Source of the DNA: Vicugna vicugna
Taxonomy: Eukaryota
DNA: 64,000 nucleotides
Direction: 5' to 3'
Assembly: GCA_013265495.1 (NCBI GenBank)
Contig: MU058337.1
Span: 5,622,716 to 5,686,715, forward strand
The notes beneath the pieces are model-generated. The model had not been told where the DNA came from, ran no database searches, and saw only the letters and a program-made list of their open reading frames with translations. Numbering within the stretch: the first letter of the stretch is position 1; each line of letters starts with the position of its first letter. Position numbers and translations under genes: made by a program. This document shows positions 25,309 to 39,590 of this stretch, piece by piece.

Positions 25309-26929
25309 GACTCACATCCACTTCTGCAACATATGGGAGTGAGAGAACACCCCGCCCCTCACTCCAGCTTACCGGGTGGGAGCAGATCTTTTCAATCTTT
25401 GCAATGTGATACGTGAAATACGATTCCACATTTTGTCTTTAATTTTCATCTTCTATTGTTCATGATGTTGACTCTTTTAGTAAGGTAGAGCAATCATTAG
25501 TTCTCTTGAGAAAAATCAGCTGGTCCTTTGCCCATTTACCCATGTGGTGTGCAAAACTGCCCTGTAGACTTCCAGAAAATCACTTCATCTCTTTGGTCTT
25601 GTCTTGTGAAGAATTAGAGATCCTTAGTAATAATAAACCCTCTTTTCCAAGATTTTCATCATTTTATGATTCTTCTCTGAGCCCTTTCCAGACACTCTCT
25701 CCCCACTCATAGGTTTGTAGACAGATGTTTTCTAATGGCTTCCATCACATTAATTATTCCTAGCTGATGGTAAACCCGCGAAGGAACTTCTTGGAACTGG
25801 AGGCACAGAAATGTACAGTGAGGGAGACAGTGAGGTTATTTCACTGTATTTCCCATCTGAGACCAAGTCCAACAGTCAAGTCCCCGCACTTTGAGGATGC
25901 AGTGAAATTCCCTTAATTTATCATCCTTAGAACTTTTAGCCAAAACAAACTCAGGAGAGTTTAGTTGGTATCAGCTAATTTTTATCCTCGGAAATGAAGG
26001 TGCTTCTTTACAGAATGTTCTGCAATGCCCAAAATGATAAAAATCTCACTCTCTCTAGCTAGAGAAAAATCAGTATATTCTCCATATCTCAGAGTTCATT
26101 TGAAAACAGATTTCCACATCAGACTACAGTATGTGAACATTGAGCTGACTTGGATGACTATGTTACATGTCTGACACAGAATTCAGGAACAATAACAAGT
26201 CTAAGACTCTATTAGGAACTGTCAGTCACACCCCTCAAGTGTCATGAATTCCTAGGAATATTTCCACAGTAAGTATCTGATACTATATAGAGTATCAGTG
26301 GTAGCGAGAAAGCCAATGTCTAACTAAACCCACCTATGAAATATAAAAATGGTGGATACTGAAAGATCTTGGAAGAGAGCTTATGGAATTCAAAGTAAGC
26401 ATCACTCCTTCCCATCCTCACTGAGAATTTCATTTACCCACCTTGGGAAAGCTAAACCCAAAAAATCAATAGCTAACTAATTAGTAGTCATTACCTATCT
26501 GCTGTGCTTGAAAGATCAACCAGAATTTAGATGAGAAACACTGGGAGATTTCACACTGGTGCTTTAATTTCAAATGAGGCCACATTAAAGTCAGCTATTT
26601 TCAGAGTATTAAAGGAAGCGACACCAGGTTATTGTTTTGTTTGGCTGGTTGATTGGTTTGCTTTGTTTTTATTCAGCATATATGCTGTTCATTTATTTAT
26701 CCATTCAACAGACATTTTTTTAAGTAACAAGAATAAAAGCTCTGTCTGCCTGCGTATAAGCACCCCTGGAACATTTGTAATTGGCCCTCCAGCTTCAGCA
26801 GCCATCTCCCCAGATTCTCCCTAGAAACTCTGTAGCAGAAGTATGATCTATCTAAAAGAGGGAGATGACTTGACAAATGCTTGAAAATGTAGAAGAAGAA
26901 AATAAAAGAAAAGGTTGAAAAACTGATTG

Positions 26930-27870
26930 TTCTCAGTTTCTCCACCTGTAAAATGGGAATGTCAGTACTTACATTTTAGATGTACTGTGAGGATAAAATG
27001 AATTATTATATGTGGGGGTCACAGAACAGTGGCCTGTGGTAAGTACTCAATAAATGTTAGCTATTCTTTTTTTTTTTTGCCCAAATTTTGAGTCATATAC
27101 TATACATGGTGCTGAAAAATACAAACATAAGAAGCCACGAATACCATTGCTTACCATCTAGAGCAGGGAGACATTCAAGTAAATTACATATTATAGCCCC
27201 CCGTGATAGACTTCAATAAGAATGCTACGTCCCAGACTCTGTGCTAAATGCTTTATGTGAATTATCGTATTGAATCCTATTAAATTCAATTATTATCCCC
27301 ATTTTACAGATAAGGATGCTGAGCCTCTGAGAGACAACCCACATTACTCTAAAGGACACAAAATATCATGTCAGGGGCAAAATAAAGATGAGAACTCAGG
27401 TCTGTCTGGACCCAAGGCCTACACATGCTCTCAACACCACACTCTAGATCTCCTTGAACAGGTGACACTGAGTGAGCAGAGTCCTGAGTACATGCAGCTA
27501 TGGGTCCAAATAAAAGAGTGGAGAGAGGACTCCATGGCAGACACAGCCAGCAGGAGTCCAGGAGGTAGAACTGCTCTCCTGCTCTGAGTCAATTTACTAA
27601 TGAACATTGGAGGGTTCAAAACATTTCTAAAGATTTCTTTGAAGTTTAAATAGATAATCCCTCCATCTGTGAAATAATGGTTTTGTGAGCGTGATGGGGG
27701 ACCAGGAATGCTGGCCAAAGGGTCAGAAGAACAGAATTCACATCCTGGCTCATTTCCTACTTTGCTCTGGAACCCCAGCAATTATATCTTTTTAAGCCTT
27801 GGATGCATCACCTGAGAAACGAAGAGGCTAGACTAGATGATTCCTAGGACTGTTCCCAGTGCTAACATTC
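26930..27870. mobile_element. Cluster of MIR SINE fragments (about 26930-27070 +, 27215-27450 -, 27680-27870 +)
   Basis: 'ctcagtttctccacctgtaaaatggga', 'ccccattttacagataaggatgctgag', 'gactagatgattcctagg'. Confidence 0.7.
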
Positions 27871-28042
27871 TCCAGCCTCTGTTTGATGGTTCTGTGTGGG
27901 CAGGATGTGTGCTCCATTACCTTCTGAGTCTAGACAGTTCTCTTAACTATGTTTCCTAAAACACCCATGCTCACCTCCACTCCCAACTCCAGTGACTTTG
28001 AGTCTGTTTGTTGGCCATTTCTTCTTTTCTTGATTTGTGCCC

Positions 28043-28492
28043 TGTCTTAGATTCCTACTGCTGCTGTAATTAACACAAACTCTGGGCCTTAAGACTACAC
28101 ACATTTACCACCTCATAGTTCTGTAGTTGAGGAGCTGAAATGGGTTTTAAGGGCTGAGGTCAAGGTGTTGACAGAGCTGCCTATCTTTCTGGTGGTTCTA
28201 AGGGAGGATGCTAGAAACTGCCCACATGCCTTGGTTTCTGTCCTTCTTCCTCTGTCCTCAAAGCCAGCCACAGCCATTGGCCGCTCTCTGGTTCCCTTCT
28301 GCCCTCCTCTGTCCCCTCCAAGGACACTTGTGATTCCACTGAGCTCACTTGGACCCAGAATAATCTCCCCAGTTTAAGGTCAGCTGATGAGCAAATTTAG
28401 TTCCACCTGCAACATGAATTCCTCTTTGCCATGGAACTAGTTCCAAGAGTAGGGTCGAAGACATCTCTGGGGTCATTACTCTGCCTGCTACA
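28043..28492 (-). mobile_element. MaLR solo LTR, MLT1C/D-like
   Basis: 'tgtcttagattcctactgctgctgtaa', 'aggtcaaggtgttgacagagctg', 'gggtcattactctgcctgctaca'. Confidence 0.8.
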
Positions 28493-28985
28493 GTCCCCTT
28501 TATCCTTCAGAGTCTCTGTATTCCTTTCAGCCAGTTAGGACAGCACAATAGTAGATGTGCAAGTGGCAACTGTCAGGGCTGCACTACCTGTACACCTGAG
28601 GGGGGCTGCCACCTACCTCATCACCTGTCCCTGAATGTCATTGCCTCCCTTTGATGGGAGATGAAAGACATGCCATGCTTTAAGAAGAATATTGGAATGG
28701 AAACTAAAAGTAATCCAAGGGTTACCTGGCCCAGCCCCAGGCACTCACACTCCCCAGTCTCCTCCTTTCCCATCACACCCCAGACAGTCCCAGCACCTTC
28801 CTAGGGCCCCATTCCCACAATGCCTTGCTCTCAACCAGGTGTCATCAAAGCCACTATTTGCCAGTATATTATTAAACCTTCAATGGATATGTTAATAAAG
28901 AAAAGCCCTAGAAAATTAAAAGCCCCCTTTAAGAACCACAGGAATGAATCTAAAACAGATCTTTTAGATCAGGTACCTACTGATC

Positions 28986-29168
28986 CGGTTGCAATATAAA
29001 ACTCCCAGTTAAATTTGAACCTCAGATAAACAACAAATAATTTTTCAGTGTAAGTATGTTTCAAATATTTGATGGGATTACTTAAACTAAAAAAATTATT
29101 TGTTGCTCCTCTGAAATTGATATTTAACTGGGTGTCTTGCATCTTCATGAGCTAAATCTGACAACCCC
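28986..29168. mobile_element. MER53 palindromic hAT MITE
   Basis: Inverted arms 'cccagttaaat...aacaaataattttt' and 'aaaaattatttgtt...atttaactggg'; end 'aaatctgacaaccc'. Confidence 0.8.
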
Positions 29169-30336
29169 ATCTACCTGGACCTCTTCAGACGCGAGTACCT
29201 TAGCTCTGTATTTCTCCTCTCCAGAGGTCAGACTTGTTTCCAAGCTTCATTGTTCTCTAGTCACGTAGAGCACTACATTATACAGATCCAAAAATACAAC
29301 AGTCATTGTTGCCAGTAATTTTTAAACCTACTATATGGCAATCACATGCCTCGTTCCCACACGGATGTGTTATAATCCTCTAATCAGTTCTGTACGGAGG
29401 ATATTTCAGTCTTGGAGAGTAACTCACCTCACCCAGGGAGCCACAGCTCCTGCTCCTTCACAAGTTGCTGTCCACACATTTCATTTCTCTTTACCAGGGC
29501 TTCCTTTCTTTGGAATTAATAAAGCCATATTTGACTGTTGTCAAACTTAAAATATATGTACGTGTGGGTCCCAGACAGGAGAAGATGAAAAGCACCAGCG
29601 AACTAGAGGACTGAAGCAAACATCTTCTGCTGTCATACAGCACAGCAGCTTAGCTATTTCTGTATTGGTTGAAATTCCCTAAGCTGTTCTTAAAGTCTGA
29701 GGCATATCCTTTACGAGGCCATCTTTGACTAAGTTGTCAAGATCAACTTTTATTTAATCCCATCCAATACTGGATGTGCTCCAAAGGCTACATCTGATTA
29801 CCCAGACTAAAGGAGGGTATTGCAAAATGCAAGATAAGGCAAAAATTAAATTTCCCTTCAGAATCTATTTCTGCACTTAACATTCGAACACTGTGAAGCA
29901 GTGAGTCACAGGCTTTCCTACCTGAATTCTGTCTGGCTCTCCCCCTCCCCACTCCATCCCTTTCTGCTCAATTGTCCAAAGCCCCAGAAAAGGACAGCTA
30001 CTGTGTGCTCTGGTCTTCCCCCAAGACACAGGGACAGGGTAAGCATTTGGTCTCAAAGGGCTGCCCTATTCAGACACAGCTGAAAATAACAGCTTCATCT
30101 TTCAGGACAATATACCCAAGTCTATTGACAAGTTCAAGTCCCTCCAAGTGATAAATGAGCTTTAATTCCTTGCTTGCAGTTGAATTATCAATAAAAACCA
30201 TTTATCCTTTCTTTCCTACAACTCTGCTAGATGCTGGGAGTACAAGATACACTATGCATTATCTCTGCCCTCCGGGGACTCACAGTCCAGGGAAGAATTA
30301 GAATCACATGCAAAAAAACGAAAAACAATGTATTAC

Positions 30337-30722
30337 GAATGGCTCAAAAAATGTGGTACATACCTACAATGAAGTATGTATCAGGCCTTAAAAATAATGA
30401 AATTCTGTTGTGTGCTACAACATAGATGAACCTTGAAAACATGCTAAGTGAAATAAACCAGATACAAAGGGACAAATACAGTGTGATTTCACTTAAACGG
30501 AGCAGTTAGAATAGTAAATTCATAGAGGCAGAAAACAGAAGTGGGGGGAGTGGAGAGTTGTTTAGTGGGGATGGAGTTTCATTTGGGGTTGATAAAAAAA
30601 GTTCTAGAAATGGATAGTGGTTATGTTAGCACAATATTGTGAATGTACTTAATGCCACTGAATTGTACACTTAAAAACAGTTAAAATAATAAATTTTATG
30701 CTATGTATATTTTGCAGCAAGA
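30337..30722 (+). mobile_element. L1MB-type 3' end
   Basis: 'aaaatgtggtacatacctacaatg', 'gatgaaccttgaaaacatgctaagtgaaataa', 'aatgccactgaattgtacacttaaaa'. Confidence 0.85.
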
Positions 30723-32479
30723 AAGCTCTCACCAAACTGAAAATTTCCTGTTAAGGTAACCAGAATGCTTATAAGGAAAACTGAAGGCTGATCATTTCCT
30801 TGCCAAAAATAGAAAAAGTGCTGTAGCAGATACATTCTATAATTACAAAAAAAACCAAAAAACAAAAAAAAAAACACCTGAACATATAAAATCAAGGTGT
30901 CTGCTTAATTCACTAGGAAGTAAGTATGATTTTGCTCCATAACATTCAAAGCATAGGAAAGAATATCTTTCATTTATTAGGAAACTAGATAGACTAGCTG
31001 CCACGGTGGGATGGAAATTGAGTCTCAGTCACTTTGCGAGGGGTGGGAAGAAAAAGCTTTCTTGAGATGTTACGAGTCCCAGTCATGTCCCCCTGAGAAC
31101 CCTGTTGGAGGTTGTAGCTCAGCTGTTTTGCCCAGGACACGGACTCCCTTTGCACCTCACTCAGCCACTAGTGTTCAGTAATCTACATAGTGACCAGGCT
31201 CCCCAGCCCTTGCCATCTCTGAGCAGGGCTTTTCCAAAGAATTATACATAATACACTGGGGGTCTATACATTTCTAAATTATTCCATCTTCGATTTCATT
31301 GGCAAAGAACATGTAGAACAATAAACATGGAAGTGTAGTTTTCCTTGTGAAAACTAGATACGAAATATGAGGAGAAAAACTCCATATTGCTACCTAATGC
31401 CAGTCTGAGTTAGATTTTCAAAATGTCTTGAGCCGTAATAAAGGGCCTGCCTGCACAAGAGTCCTGTCCTTTCACTATATTCCTTTGCACATCACATGTA
31501 CGACAGGGGCTTACTATACTCAGGACCAAAACACCAGGCTCAGCCGTCAATGCGTGTAAAAATGACACTTGAAAATGGTAAGACAGAATTAGGATATACT
31601 CCTTTAGGAATAGTTTTGAGCAAGTTACCAAAAATAATAAGTATAACAAACTAAAATGCTGCTTTAAATAGCCCACAAAAAATACAAATTCTATTGACAC
31701 TGAATTCTTACAAAGCAAGGTCAATTTACCTGGGGATTTGGGTAGCTAGACAAGACTAACCTTGACTTCAGTGACTTAAAAACAAAGAAAAGATTATTGG
31801 AGACAAAAGCAGGGTCTCCTGGCAAATGCTGTCTGTCTTTTCAGGAATCCACAACATTGTGCCTTCCTCCTTTAGTTCTCATCTTATCAACTTGCCTAAC
31901 AACATTTTTTCTCTGTAATGTGTGTTGAAAATACTGTCCTCTTAGGGTTGATTTTATTAAATGTCAGAGAGAAGAATATAAAGTGATTAATAAAACTGAC
32001 TATAAAATGCTTTACAAAGGAGCATAGATTTTTCCAAGTAATTAATTCAAAACATTTTACTGAAGGGCTAAATGGCCTGGAAGAAGCATTATTTTACGAA
32101 TCCATGGTTATATACCTTAATCTGAGTTTCACTGAGAGTGTTTTGTTTCCCATGTAAGATATGTACATTTAGGTCCCTGGAGTTACATTCCACAATAGAG
32201 TTATCAACCTCCAAATTATCTGACCATTTCTCAGGAGTGAGCATTACACTCTGATTTCAATTCTGAGAATACACTTGCCATGTACCCTAAAAAGGAGATT
32301 TCTACCCAACAGTAAGTCATAGTAATACTCTGCAGCTGATAATGCCAATATTGTCAGCATCAATCAAGATTATTCGTGGCAGGCAAGTATTTTTTGCAGA
32401 AATGATCTATGATTTAAGTAAGAACAGCAATACTGAAAGAATATTGAGAAAAATCACAAAATTACTGGAAGGCTATAGA

Positions 32480-32668
32480 AGAGCATTGTCCAGTAGAATT
32501 TTCTGTTGTGATGGGACATGTTCTGTAACTTTACTGCCCAATATACATGTAGTGACTGAGCACTTGAAATGTGGTTAGTGTACACTAAGCAAAAAATGAA
32601 TGGTATTTAATTTAAATAAACTTATACAGTCATGTGTGACTTGTGTCTACCATATTGGGCAGTGCAGC
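32480..32668. mobile_element. MER3-like hAT-Charlie MITE
   Basis: 'tgtccagtagaattttctg', 'gagcacttgaaatgtggttagtg', 'ctaccatattgggcagtgcag'. Confidence 0.75.
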
Positions 32669-33220
32669 TACAAAACCAGAACCAAGGTGGACAGGCAGTG
32701 GCCACCACCGCTAAAACCCTCCCTAAAAACTAGTGCACTAAGACCCATTCCCCACGCAACACAGGGCAGCACAGGACATGGAATACAGCCACTGGGACCT
32801 CTACAAACCGACGTTGCTTCTACTGGGACAAGCTGCCATGGTGGAACCTCCATGATCCTGGTATCTTTGTACAGGATAGAGGCATCGTGTTGGTTGAGCC
32901 TGGATTAAGGGCCCACTCCTTCCTCCCACAGAGGAAACAAAGCAGGTATCTGGCATTTTAAGCTTCTATAGTAGAAGATATTTTGGCAATTCACCAAGAT
33001 TCATAAGGTGGGGGACACCTGAAACTGAGAAATGGGATCCAGAGGCTGGGCCACCAAGCAAAAATGACAAATGTCCACTGTGTCAACCTTTTGGTTGTCT
33101 GAGATCATTGTACTCTTCTTCATTGGCAACATTTGTTGAGTGCTTATCAAGTCTAAAATTGTTCTAAGAACTTTACTAGAGTAAACAGATTTAATTCTCA
33201 CAACCGTCTTATGAGATAAC

Positions 33221-33540
33221 ATAGTAGGCTGAATAATGGCCACCCAACGATATCAGCACTGATCCCTGGAACCTGTGAATGTTACCTTATAAGGAAAAGG
33301 AGTCTCTGTAGATGAGAGTAAATTTAGGATCTTGGTATAGGGCAATTATCATGGATTTTCCTAAATCCAATCACAGAAGACAGCACACTCAGAAGAGGAG
33401 AGGGCAGGACTGGAGTGATGTAGAGCCAAGCCCAGGAACTCCCACAGCCACCAGAAAAACTGGGAGAGGCAGAAAGGATTCTCCCTGAGAGCTTCTAGAG
33501 GGAGTGTGTTCCTGCTGACATTGTGATTTCAGGCTTTAGG
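33221..33540 (+). mobile_element. MLT1 (C/D-like) LTR fragment adjacent to a MIR (33125-33215)
   Basis: 'aggctgaataatggccaccc', 'tccctggaacctgtgaatgttacctta', 'aggattctccctgagagcttc'. Confidence 0.75.
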
Positions 33541-34237
33541 ATCTGAAGTACAAGGCAAGGGTCGGTCATGCTGCAGCAAGGACAAGACTGACTCTACTGG
33601 TGATGGTTGGGTTGCTACATTTTGTGTCCCACTCTTTGCCCCAGCCACATCTACTCTCAGAGGTGAGCGTCTGAACAGAGATTGGGCAGGGACCAATGAC
33701 ACAGTCTGAATAGAAATAATGAATGAGATCCTCGAGTTCTCCCTCTTTGACACTTAGGAAATGTGGAGAATTTGGGCCAGTTCAGAGGGAGCTAAAGCCA
33801 CAAGAGAAAGAGGGGGCCAGGGCAGCCATAATGGGTACCATTCGTGCTGGAGTCAAGAGAAAGCAGAATTTGTAACTAAGCAGAGATATTCAGGCTTGGT
33901 GGAAAGGAAGATGAAGCAGACAGGTGGTAGAGCAGAAATGCCTGGAGAAAGAAATATGTGGTCCTGAGAGTCATGAGACAGAGGGTTCTTCAAGCTTCCT
34001 TCTTTTTCAAATGTGCTTTTAGAATAAACATCCTTTTCATGAAGCAACTCAAGGGGGTGTCTATTTCTTGGAACTCATATTCCCAACTAAAACAGTAGAT
34101 CCTAATGCCAGGCACGCCTTCAGCCCCATTATTATGTGCAGAATGTCTGGGGTGGGGATGGAGGAACTTCCAACTGAAAGGTAAGTGGCCCTAACTTCAA
34201 GGCCAAAGAGTTTAAGAAGCTGAGAGTGAAGCAGGTA

Positions 34238-34791
34238 TAGGCCATTCTCATTATTCACAGATTCTGTACGTGCAAACTCACCTTCTCACTAAAATATATT
34301 TGAACCCCCAAACCAACACTCAAGGCACTTTCACAGTAATTTACGGATATGCTCTGAGCTACAAAAATTCAAGTTGCCTGACATGCACATTCCTAGCTAA
34401 GGTAGAACAAGGTGATGCTCTGCCTTCTTATTTCAGTTCAGGCTACAAACAGGTGTCCTTTTCATGATATATCCAGTGCCATATTTTTCTCATCTTCGTG
34501 TTTTTTCTTGGTGGTTTCAACATTTAAAGTGGCCCCAACTGCAGCACTTAAGTACTATCAATAGGGGAGAGTGTGTGTTTGGTAAGCTTTGTTGAGGCAT
34601 GAGTTACAGTCTTTAAACAGAAACACACATAAAACAAGGTTATGTATTGATCAGTTGACAAGAATATTGTGACCAGAGGCTCATAGGAACCTAGCCCTGT
34701 GTGTCCCCCAGGCACAGTGGTGCAGTATCTCCCAGTTCAGTGTCCACTGTGGCCATAGAGCAAAACTGCCTGAATATAGAGAATGGATTGT
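34238..34791. mobile_element. Tigger4 (Zombi)-like TcMar DNA transposon derivative
   Basis: TIR-like 'attctcattattcacagattctgta' and 'gagaatggattg', both next to TA; internal 'gaacaaggtgatgctctgccttctt'. Confidence 0.8.
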
Positions 34792-36412
34792 ATATTTGGT
34801 TGATATCTGGATGGGAAATGACCACATCATTCACATTCACAGCTGTGTCCTCAGTATCAAGCACGACACCAGGTGTACAGTCAGGATGCAGTAAATATTT
34901 GTTGAATAAAGGAACAGACTAATTCATTTTCTAAATATCAAAGTCGACTTGGTGTCAGAAGTTTTCTTTGCTCTTGAGAATCAGTTCTGAAACAATAGCA
35001 GTGAGTGTCACTTACATCAGGGTGATAGCACTGGGAGGTTTTAAAATTACATCCTATCAACTGCCACTACTGTTGCAAAAACTCCCAAGCTGTACTCAGT
35101 CTTTTCCTTTCTAGGGTTGTTTGACAAAACTTCACAGCCAATGTAAGCCCCACAACAGGGCTTGTTGCTAAGTATCATTGCCTCTAGAGGGAGAAACAGA
35201 CATGGTGAGCCTAATTTGCTTGTCTGAGGTCAGCAGTAACATAAGAGAGCAGATCTGAAGCTCCCAGTGTGTGTGTGTCATAACCCTTAGCCAGTAGTCA
35301 CTTCCTCAAAGTGAAGTCATTTTCCAAAGAGAATTACTTCACATTTCGGTAATTGGAGGTGTCACTATAACCAGAATTGCAATTTTAGTGCTTCCATGTT
35401 GGGGCAACTGGGGACTTAAGGTATACTTAATTATGTTTCATCATAAACACTTCCTCTGTCAAAGCAGAGCTCACTTGGCAGTCTCTGCCCAGGAGCATCT
35501 CAGAGCTAACTTAGCACGAGGAATTTAAAGCTCTCTCCAGCCTTGTTTTCTGGGTCGCCCTGGAAGCGGCATGGAATGGGAGGTTGGAGGGGTCCTGCAC
35601 TCACAGCTCCCAGCGTTCACTTTAATCTTCTTTCCGACGCAATTATCTTACTAGGCATCAAAAAATCTGTTACCTCAATTTATAGTGGCTCTGGAGTCGT
35701 GAGACAGCACAAAGTGTCCCTGCTTTGATTGGAAAGATAAACTGCAATCACTTCAGAAGGAAGCCCTTGTCAACCAGAGTGATTTTCTTTGGAAAAGAAG
35801 GCTGGTCACAGAGGATGGCTGGAGAAGGAACACTGTGTCTAAGATAGCGTGGTTCCTATCACAGGTGAGGCTGAATGTATTCCCTGTGCAGGCTGCAAGG
35901 AACATCACCAAGCATAAATGTAAAGGGATTAATAAATGACCCCTATGTTGTATGTCATGTCCACATTAGCCATAATGAAACACATTGCAAACATGGAGTG
36001 AAGTCATCAGCATTAATATTTTCCATGCCCAGAGAAGCCAGAAATAATAATAGAGTTCTTTCCTCAATTTTAAACATGAGCATTAAGTCAGACTATATGC
36101 TAAAAGATTAAGCACACATTAGCCTCTTCTAGGGCATATGGCTTGGGGGAAAGAGGAAGAATAATGAGAAAAGCAAATGCCTGCAGTCTGGTAGGAAGAC
36201 AGATTTTTAGAGAAAGCCATGGAGGCTGCAGAGCAGTAGAAGGAGCACTGAACTAACAGTACAAAGACCTAGGTTTGAGTACCTCTGTGCCAATCATAAA
36301 TGGTGATGCCAAGTGAGATCAGCCACTTAGATTTTCTGGATCTCAATTCTGTCTTCAGTGGAGTGAGGAAAATTGAAAACTCCCCTTTCTATGAAACAGA
36401 GTTGTTAGAAAA

Positions 36413-36820
36413 TGCACACATACATACATACACAAAATGGAATACTACTCAGCCATAAAAAGGGATGAAATCTTGCCATTTGCAACAATATGGATGGACT
36501 TGGAGGGCATTATGCTAAGTGAAATAAGTCAGAGAAAGACACACACTGTGTGATATCACTTATATGTGAAATCTAAATAATACAACAAACTAGTAAATAT
36601 AACAAAAAAGACAGACTCCAGATATAGAGAACAGGTATAGAGTGGTTACCACTGAGGGGAGGGATGGGGGAGGGGCAAGTTAGGGACAGGGGAGTGGGAG
36701 GTACACACTATTGGGTGTAAGATAGGATGTATTGTACAACAAAGGGAATATAGCCAATATTTTATAACAACAATATATGGAGTGTAACTTTTAAAATTTA
36801 TATAGAAATAAAAAATTAAA
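36413..36820 (+). mobile_element. Laurasiatherian/artiodactyl L1 3'UTR fragment adjoining a MIR (36220-36410)
   Basis: 'aatggaatactactcagccataaaa', 'tggatggacttggagggcattatgctaagtgaaataagtcag', G-rich tract, 'gggaatatagccaatatttt'. Confidence 0.9.
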
Positions 36821-39099
36821 GGTTGGAGGAAAGTTATCTAGGGTAAATTTGAATTTTTATAAATGTAAATGTTCATTAAGGGATTGTTGGCTCTGATCCT
36901 CTCCCAATCCACAGCAAACGCAATTGTGCTGGCAGAAAATCAGTCAAGAAACTCAAATTACTTTCCTGGCCCTGCCACTAACTAGATATGAAGTTTGAGC
37001 GTGTCACTGCCACTTTGGATATGGATTTACTCATCTGTAAACTGAAGGAACCAGACTGCGTGGTTTCTAAGGCCCTTTCCAGAAAGTTCTAAGATTTTAC
37101 AGAGGATTTTTTTCCGTCTGCTATTCTGAGTTTCAGATACTTCCATTCACTTCTCGTGTTCAGGGATCTTGTCCATTCCAACTTCCTTGGAAATGGCACT
37201 GCCCTCAGTAATTTTAGGGTAGAGAGAGGACCACTGAAAGCAAAAGAATCTATTTCTTTTCTTCTCCTTTTCTGAGGTCCTATTATAATTTACGGGAGCT
37301 GGAAATGGGAATGGGTAAGTTTAGGATTCCTGATTTCTTGACAGGAAGAGAATATATGGAAGGAAATTTGACTTTGCCAACTGTCACAAACTCCTGAAAG
37401 TGATGGTACCTGAGCTGAGTGGATATATGAACCATGTTCAATAAAAGCGTATCGATTGGGCAAAGCAGTCTTCCATGGCTGAGAAAAGAGGACGGGGCCA
37501 TCAGAGTGCGGAAGCTCCCCAGACTTCAATAATGTATTGTTAACCGGTGTAATCTTCTGGCAAAGTGTGAGCCCTCAAATTAACAGCACTGAACTGAGCC
37601 TAATAACTACGTTGCACGACATCATATCTCCTCCTCAATCAATACTTAATTTTCTCATACGGCCCTCAGCCTTCTACAAGCTTTTATTATGTTTTGCAAG
37701 GAACAGCACTGACCTTGAGGTGTGCCAGTCACCTTCAACCTTAAAATCCCCCAATGGCCACATGTGTCTGGAAATACTCGCGGGACAAATAGAGGCTAAA
37801 ATTCATACCCAGGAAAAAACATGTCTTCTCTGATATTCACTTCGTATTGTGTGAGGTGTGTCAGTTCTTCACCACACGGCAAGCCTAGAGTGAGTAGGAT
37901 TTGGAAATTAACCTATGCTTTAGGAAAAGTAACATTAAGAAATTTTGCTTGAGGTCACACAAGCAGCAGACTCACTCCTTGAAGTTGCATGTTGCTGCCG
38001 ACACTTCACATTCTTCAAACCTGGAACTTTAGTCACAGAAGCGCAGCCAAGGTTTGAGTTTTTTCCATTTCAATTAACAAAGATTACTCTGTAGTGTGAC
38101 AATAGGATTAACTTTAGATCTTTGAGGAACTTAGCATTTTGTTCTAGCATCTCAATGCTGTATATTACATAGGAGAGCTACATTTTAAGGTTGAAGGAGA
38201 ATTTACCCAAATAAATCCTCTTTCTCTATGTACACATGTAATTCATAAATGAATCACTGAGTTGACATTTCTTCAGAGGCAAATAATCTTAAAAAGGCAG
38301 ATCAAGTCTCATCGCATCCTCCAAAACATTCTTCGATTAACTAAGTGTTGCCATTCCTGGTGACTAGTTAAAGGCCGCTTTAACCTTTGTGTTTGTATTA
38401 TATTTGTATTCGGTTTCTGTTGTTAACAACAAATTACCACAAACTCATCCACACCCAACAGGAAATAGGTGCACCTTTTCCCCACCATTTCCAGAATAAT
38501 TCCTGAGATTCACTGTGATTAGAACTGGCCTAGGTTTCATGATCTCTCCTGAACCAGCCTCTGACACCAAATCGGTCTCTGAGTGGTTTGACCTATGTGC
38601 CCCATTCCACCCCTGGAACAAGACAGAAAACAAGGCTCTTTTATTAAAAAATAAGCATAAATGGACGTCAGGCAGCAAAAACACTGTGCATTTGTCCACT
38701 ATATCATTATATTCGAAAGTTTTCATCAGCTTTGTTGTAAAGGGACGAGAGTAATATTATATTAACTATTACTCCATTGTTGGATATATTAGGTTATTTC
38801 TAGTGACTTGCTATTTAAAAATAGCCATTAAACAGCCACTTTGCCCTGCAATGTTCATTTTATTTGAAATAATTTTCCTAAAATATATTTGCAGAAACAA
38901 AACTACTGAGTCAAGTAGAATGAGCATTTTTAAGGCTCTGAATACATATTGCTAACGTCTGTTCCTGCAAGCATACATCACTTCACACTTTGGCTAACAT
39001 TCTGAAAGAATTCTCACTTGAATGCCCTCTCCCCAACAGAAGCACATTCCCCTTCCTCCATCTTTGCCAGCTGGTTAGACTCAAAGAAGACACAGAGAG

Positions 39100-39590
39100 A
39101 TCTTAATAAAGTAAGCAGATCTGATCACATAACGTTCCTGTGTGTAAGATTTCAGCGACTTCCCATGGCCTTGAGGACCAAGTCCAGACTCCTCAGAATG
39201 GCACACAAGGCTTTCTAATGGTCTCTCCACCTTCCCACTTTGCTTCCCACACCACCCCACCCCACCCTGGCAGACTGAACGACTTAGAGCCCCTCAGTGG
39301 TCTTGTTCAGATTTCTGTTCACATTTCTGTCTCTGCCAATGCTCTTGCCTTCCCTGCTTATCTCTACTTCCAGTTCAAGAACTCCCTCTACCCTGTACGT
39401 ACCACATGCTCACAGCCTCAGTCACACAGCATTGCATCAGTCCTTGACATGATCCTTGCCCATACAAAATATCTTCTGTTTCTTTTTTAGGGTAAAACAG
39501 AGTCTTATGGATCTTTGTATATCTAGGCCCTAGCATAGAGTCTGGCACCAAAAAAAGACATAAAGTAAATAACCATTGACTAAATGACAA
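39100..39590 (+). mobile_element. LINE-2 3' fragment
   Basis: 'agatctgatcacat', 'aagtccagactcctcagaatggcacacaaggc', 'cctagcatagagtctggcac'. Confidence 0.65.
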
